Shown piece after piece: positions 44,386-64,000 of a stretch of 64,000 nucleotides of DNA (its first letter is position 1; every line of letters starts with the position of its first letter). This stretch comes from Macrostomum lignano (taxonomy: Eukaryota). Location: positions 1 through 64,000 of the forward strand of contig NIVC01000237.1 in assembly GCA_002269645.1 (NCBI GenBank). The letters run 5' to 3'. The position numbers were made by a program, and so were the translations under genes. The notes under the pieces were generated by a model that was given only the letters and a program-made list of their open reading frames with translations, made no database searches and had not been told where the DNA came from.

Positions 44386-45317
44386 AGCCTGTCTGTATTC
44401 CAGTTTTCCAGAATCTGAGGCATAAAAACTCGAGAGAGAAAGTGCAGTGTAGGAATTTTCGTTGCAACAGATATGCGGTTATATCGCTAGTGCCGTTAGT
44501 GAGTATAAATATATTTTATTGATTGTAACGGGAATACTAGATGAGAAGAAGAGGAAAAAGAAAATGTCAAACAAGAGCTGGGAATAAAAACAGAACTTCG
44601 GGGGCGAAGCGAAAACCGAAGCCCCTAGCCAGGGCGGTGTCCAAGCAGCAGTGCGCCAACTGTTAGATTCGTTTCGTAGAACAAAAGCGGCCGGGGAAAT
44701 CGCAATAGAAAAAGGCGATAAAGGCGACAGAAAACTACTTATAATATTAAATAATGCAAAAAAAACAATTTTTGTTTGAAAAAAAACTAACGGACAAAAA
44801 AGTTTGTGTAAAATGGTAATGGCTGCTGAAAGTAGTAGGATGACCCGAAAATGTTTAACTAATTAGTAATTTATGAAATTCTAGCGCAACACCGAGAGAA
44901 GACAATCATTTGCTGGGAAGACAATTTACAGGTTTTCCTTTTTGATCTGCAATTTTCGGTTGCTATGGGTAACCAATGTAAACAGTGCAGCGATCTAGGA
45001 ACTGCAGAGCCTTCAAAGGAGACCTAGAAAAGTTAGTAGCAGGAAATCTAGCAAACAAAACTACAGATCTGGCGCCCAGAAAAAGCTGCAGAAAAAGCAG
45101 GCGAAAGCGGAAGTAAAATATAATCGGATATGCAGTTAATCATAACCGAATCATGATTCCTGTGGGCCAGGTGAAATGTTTAATAACGGAACGAGTAGCA
45201 TACAGGCTGAAGCAATTATTAATGGAAATGTTTCGACAAATTGATAATTAGTGTGGAAATCAGTACGATGATAGGACTGTACTTGAAGAGATTAAGTTCA
45301 ATATCACCTAATTCAAC

Positions 45318-46030
45318 CTCAATTAGCCTAATAATTACACCTGCATTCCCAACCATAATTAGCCTAATAATTACACCTGCATTCTCAACCTCAATTTGCC
45401 TAATAATTACACCTGCATTCCCTAACTTCAATTAGCCTAATAATTACACCTGCATTCTCAACCTCAATTTGCCTAATAATTACACCTGCATTCCCTAACT
45501 TCAATTAGCCTAATAATTACACCTGCATTCTCAACCTCAATTTGCCTAATAATTACACCTGCATTCCCTAACTTCAATTAGCCTAATAATTACACCTGCA
45601 TTCCCTAACTTCAATTAGCCTAATAATTACACCTGCATTCTCAACCTCAATTTGCCTAATAATTACACCTGCATTCCCTAACTTCAATTAGCCTAATAAT
45701 TACACCTGCATTCTCAACCTCAATTTGCCTAATAATTACACCTGCATTCCCTAACTTCAATTAGCCTAATAATTACACCTGCATTCTCAACCTCAATTTG
45801 CCTAATAATTACACCTGCATTCCCTAACTTCAATTAGCCTAATAATTACACCTGCATTCCCTAACTTCAATTAGCCTAATAATTACACCTGCATTCCCTA
45901 ACTTCAATTAGCCTAATAATTACACCTGCATTCCCTAACTTCAATTAGCCTAATAATTACACCTGCATTCCCTAACTTCAATTAGCCTAATAATTACACC
46001 TGCATTCCCTAACTTCAATTAGCCTAATTA
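45318..46030. repeat. 36/37-bp minisatellite (AATTAGCCTAATAATTACACCTGCATTCCCTAACTTC)n
   Basis: About 19 units just downstream of the stop codon of the - strand gene. Confidence 0.95.
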
Positions 46031-46122
46031 ATAGGCTAATTAATAGAACATAGCCTAATTAAACCTAAAAAAAGCAGCAATCTTGAGTTCACAAACGAGA
46101 ACTATCGAGCTGCAGAGGGCAA

Positions 46123-61544
<15,422 letters not shown>

Positions 61545-62631
61545 TGTGCTTGCAGGAATCAGTGAGATTTGAACTGTAGCTCAGATCAACTGAAATGAGT
61601 GGTAAAGTTATGCTGTAAGCAGGAAGCTGTTTTTTTTTAACAGAATTTTTCATTACTAGCATATCTTTTTCAGACATTGTGCTATACAGAACAGATGTTC
61701 ATGGTGAATAATTATTGTTTCCTAAGGCAATTACAATCAAAATTAAGCAAAGTATACTATAGAAAAAAATTGTTGTGCCATTTTTGTACAATGCCATTTA
61801 ATAACCATTTGCCATTTCCAATTTTCACATGTCATAGCAAAACTATAATACAAAAATTGAAGCTCTGACAGCAAAATAATATGAAATTAGATGTGGGACA
61901 TGTTATATAATCACAATGAAGATTTAGCCATAATTGTAAACTATAACTGTTCAATCCATCTTGAATTTTCTATTGGCAACTATTTTGTATATGTATCTCT
62001 GATGATTGTTAGGATTTACTATAAACATAGGTAAACAATCATAGCCTATAATGGGAACTATTAATTCAAAAGGACTTATGATCTAACTTGATAATTAAGA
62101 GATATAAACTATACAATGGTTAATAAAGTTGAGTTACTTATACCTTATATATGCGCAATCTGAAATTATACCAGCTATATAATTTAGTTTTGACTTGAAA
62201 AAATTCCACTTAGTTTAAAGACCAAGTAAGACCTCAAACAAAATAAAGTTTCAATTTATAGTAGCTTTTTTGTCAAAAAGGCAAAAAATCTTAAATAGCA
62301 GTTGCTTAATATGTATTATAATATAATAGGAAATACTATCTCCTAGAAGACTTTAGTTAATTAACTAAGAGAAGAAATTACAAAGAAAACTATGCAGGTT
62401 TTAAAGGCCTAATATATCTGTACTATAGTCTAGATAATTATAGGCGTAGACAAATATAAAAAATTCTAGTTTTTTATTCTACTTGAAAATAATTACACTG
62501 AAAACAAGGTTGCTTATATGCCAACTTAAATAATACATAGATTATTGCATCCTTTGATTTTGGACAAACATTGCCATCTACTAGCAAGCTATAATGCCTT
62601 TTATATCATATATATTTTAAAAAGCAAATAA

Positions 62632-62998
62632 AGGGGGGCCATAGCCCAGCGGTAGCGCAGCTGCTCTGGTGTGCCAGCGACCCAGGCTCGATTCCAAGTG
62701 CAGCCACATTAATTTGGGGCTGGATTGGAATCTAGGCTTGGCTCGCTTGTGCAATTAACGGCCTTGTCGAGAGCCAACCCCCCAAGGCGCAGTGAAGTGT
62801 ACATGCCTAACAATTGATAAAGTTAGGGCCACTGTACACTCCTGTGTGAGTGTGTGCCTGCGTAACGTTTCCGCGCGCTTGTATGCCTGCTCAGGGGAGT
62901 CAGCGGAATAGGCAGTAATGCCTCTCACTGGTTGTGTGCCAATGACGCTTAAATTGTGCCAGGGTGCACACAACCCCCCTGCCTTTAATAAAAATAAA
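62632..62998 (+). mobile_element. tRNA-derived SINE (family 1)
   Basis: A and B boxes, A-rich tail, TSD AAAAGCAAATAA (62620-62631, 62999-63010); homologous to 22471-22840. Confidence 0.9.
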
Positions 62999-64000
62999 AA
63001 AAGCAAATAATTATAATATTTATTATCTAACATTGAATTTATCTATTAAGTAAGCTCATGAAAATTGCTAAAATAATACTTTTGATACAAAATTAATAGG
63101 CCTGAAAGTATAAAAATGATAGGCCTTAGACTCTAAGGCTAATCACAAATGCTTAGGATAGCCTAATAATAATTGTTGGTAAGGCCTAGATTCTATAAAG
63201 CTAAAAACAATTAAATTAACAATTAACAATTATGCACAAAGCCTAAAAATGAAAACAATTATATTTTACTACATTAACTTTCTTATTATATCTAACTGAA
63301 ATTAATCTACTAGGTCCTATATTTAAAATATTTTACGAAATTATGCTACTATTTTGGCAGATAGAGAGTAAAGACCCATCCATCCTGCAATGATCTAACA
63401 TCAACATGATCTCCAGTGTATTATGATAATATGAATTGAAGTTCAAAAAACTTTTTAAATTTAATTTAACCCTCAAAAATTGGGCCACGATAATAGAAAA
63501 TTCTCCATAAAATACATGGAAAAAATTATTGTAAGAGGGGATCCATTGGTCATTGGACCCCAAAATTTTGTTTGAGGGTTAAACCTGTAAATTGTAATTT
63601 AAAAAAGGACTACCAAATGGTTTTTAAATAGATTGGATCCCTTGCTTAGGAATTCATAATTTCTAATTAGGGGCCTACTGTGAGGTTAGTCAATTATAAT
63701 GCTTTGGACAAAAACGATGAGCAAATGCGGAGAGTTTATATAAATTTCTTTTTGATACAACACAACACAATCAGTGGATATGCTTTATGAGTAAGCCCTG
63801 CTGCCAAGATGTGATATAATTTACTTATTTATTTTCAATCAATTACATTAGTAGAAAAAATACAAGATAGAAAAATTTCACGAGAAAACTACCTTTGAGT
63901 CGACAGTCACGTCTGGAAATCGGATGCTGGCGGAAACGAGTGGGCCCGACTTATTCTAAATTGGCGCCCACGCTCTGACTCAGAAATAGTTACAAAAATA

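Noticed and set aside
42456-44425. Cys/Leu-rich ORFs (CLSV/CLPA), also at 32497, 51563 and 54708-57054
   Set aside because: Translations of micro- and minisatellites.
61600-64000. Upstream LIM-domain exon of the hillarin-like gene
   Set aside because: The region is AT-rich with no Cys/His LIM pattern; any such exon would be outside the window.

Overview
Eukaryotic (metazoan) genomic DNA, not prokaryotic. It has short GT-AG introns, GC-rich exons and intronic mini/microsatellites; the style fits a flatworm such as Macrostomum, but that is inference only. Left half (1-31 kb): four near-identical copies (-,+,-,+) of a two-exon gene for a 48-aa secreted prepropeptide that the ORF track misses (MLNYKQVQAFVAAMLVLAMTAAA-IEVPADEAGDEADYA-RRR[Y/W]RRCSVL). 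The copies sit on inverted duplication arms. One head-to-head pair is separated by a nested Gypsy LTR retrotransposon. The other is separated by an 11.3-kb TIR-bounded Polinton/Maverick-like relic. That relic carries a decayed protein-primed DNA polymerase B with spliceosomal introns and an Ingi-type LINE with an HDV-like ribozyme, a 2A peptide and a PHD finger. Right half: a SLC30/ZnT zinc transporter gene (+) whose TM5-TM6/CTD exons are absent where a 3.5-kb satellite lies. It is followed by a 14-exon, ~1760-aa gene (-) with two hillarin/KY-type transglutaminase-like modules joined by a GGY-repeat linker. Many MITEs, solo LTRs, SINEs and tandem repeats are also present. All calls were made by eye from the sequence; no database searches were run.
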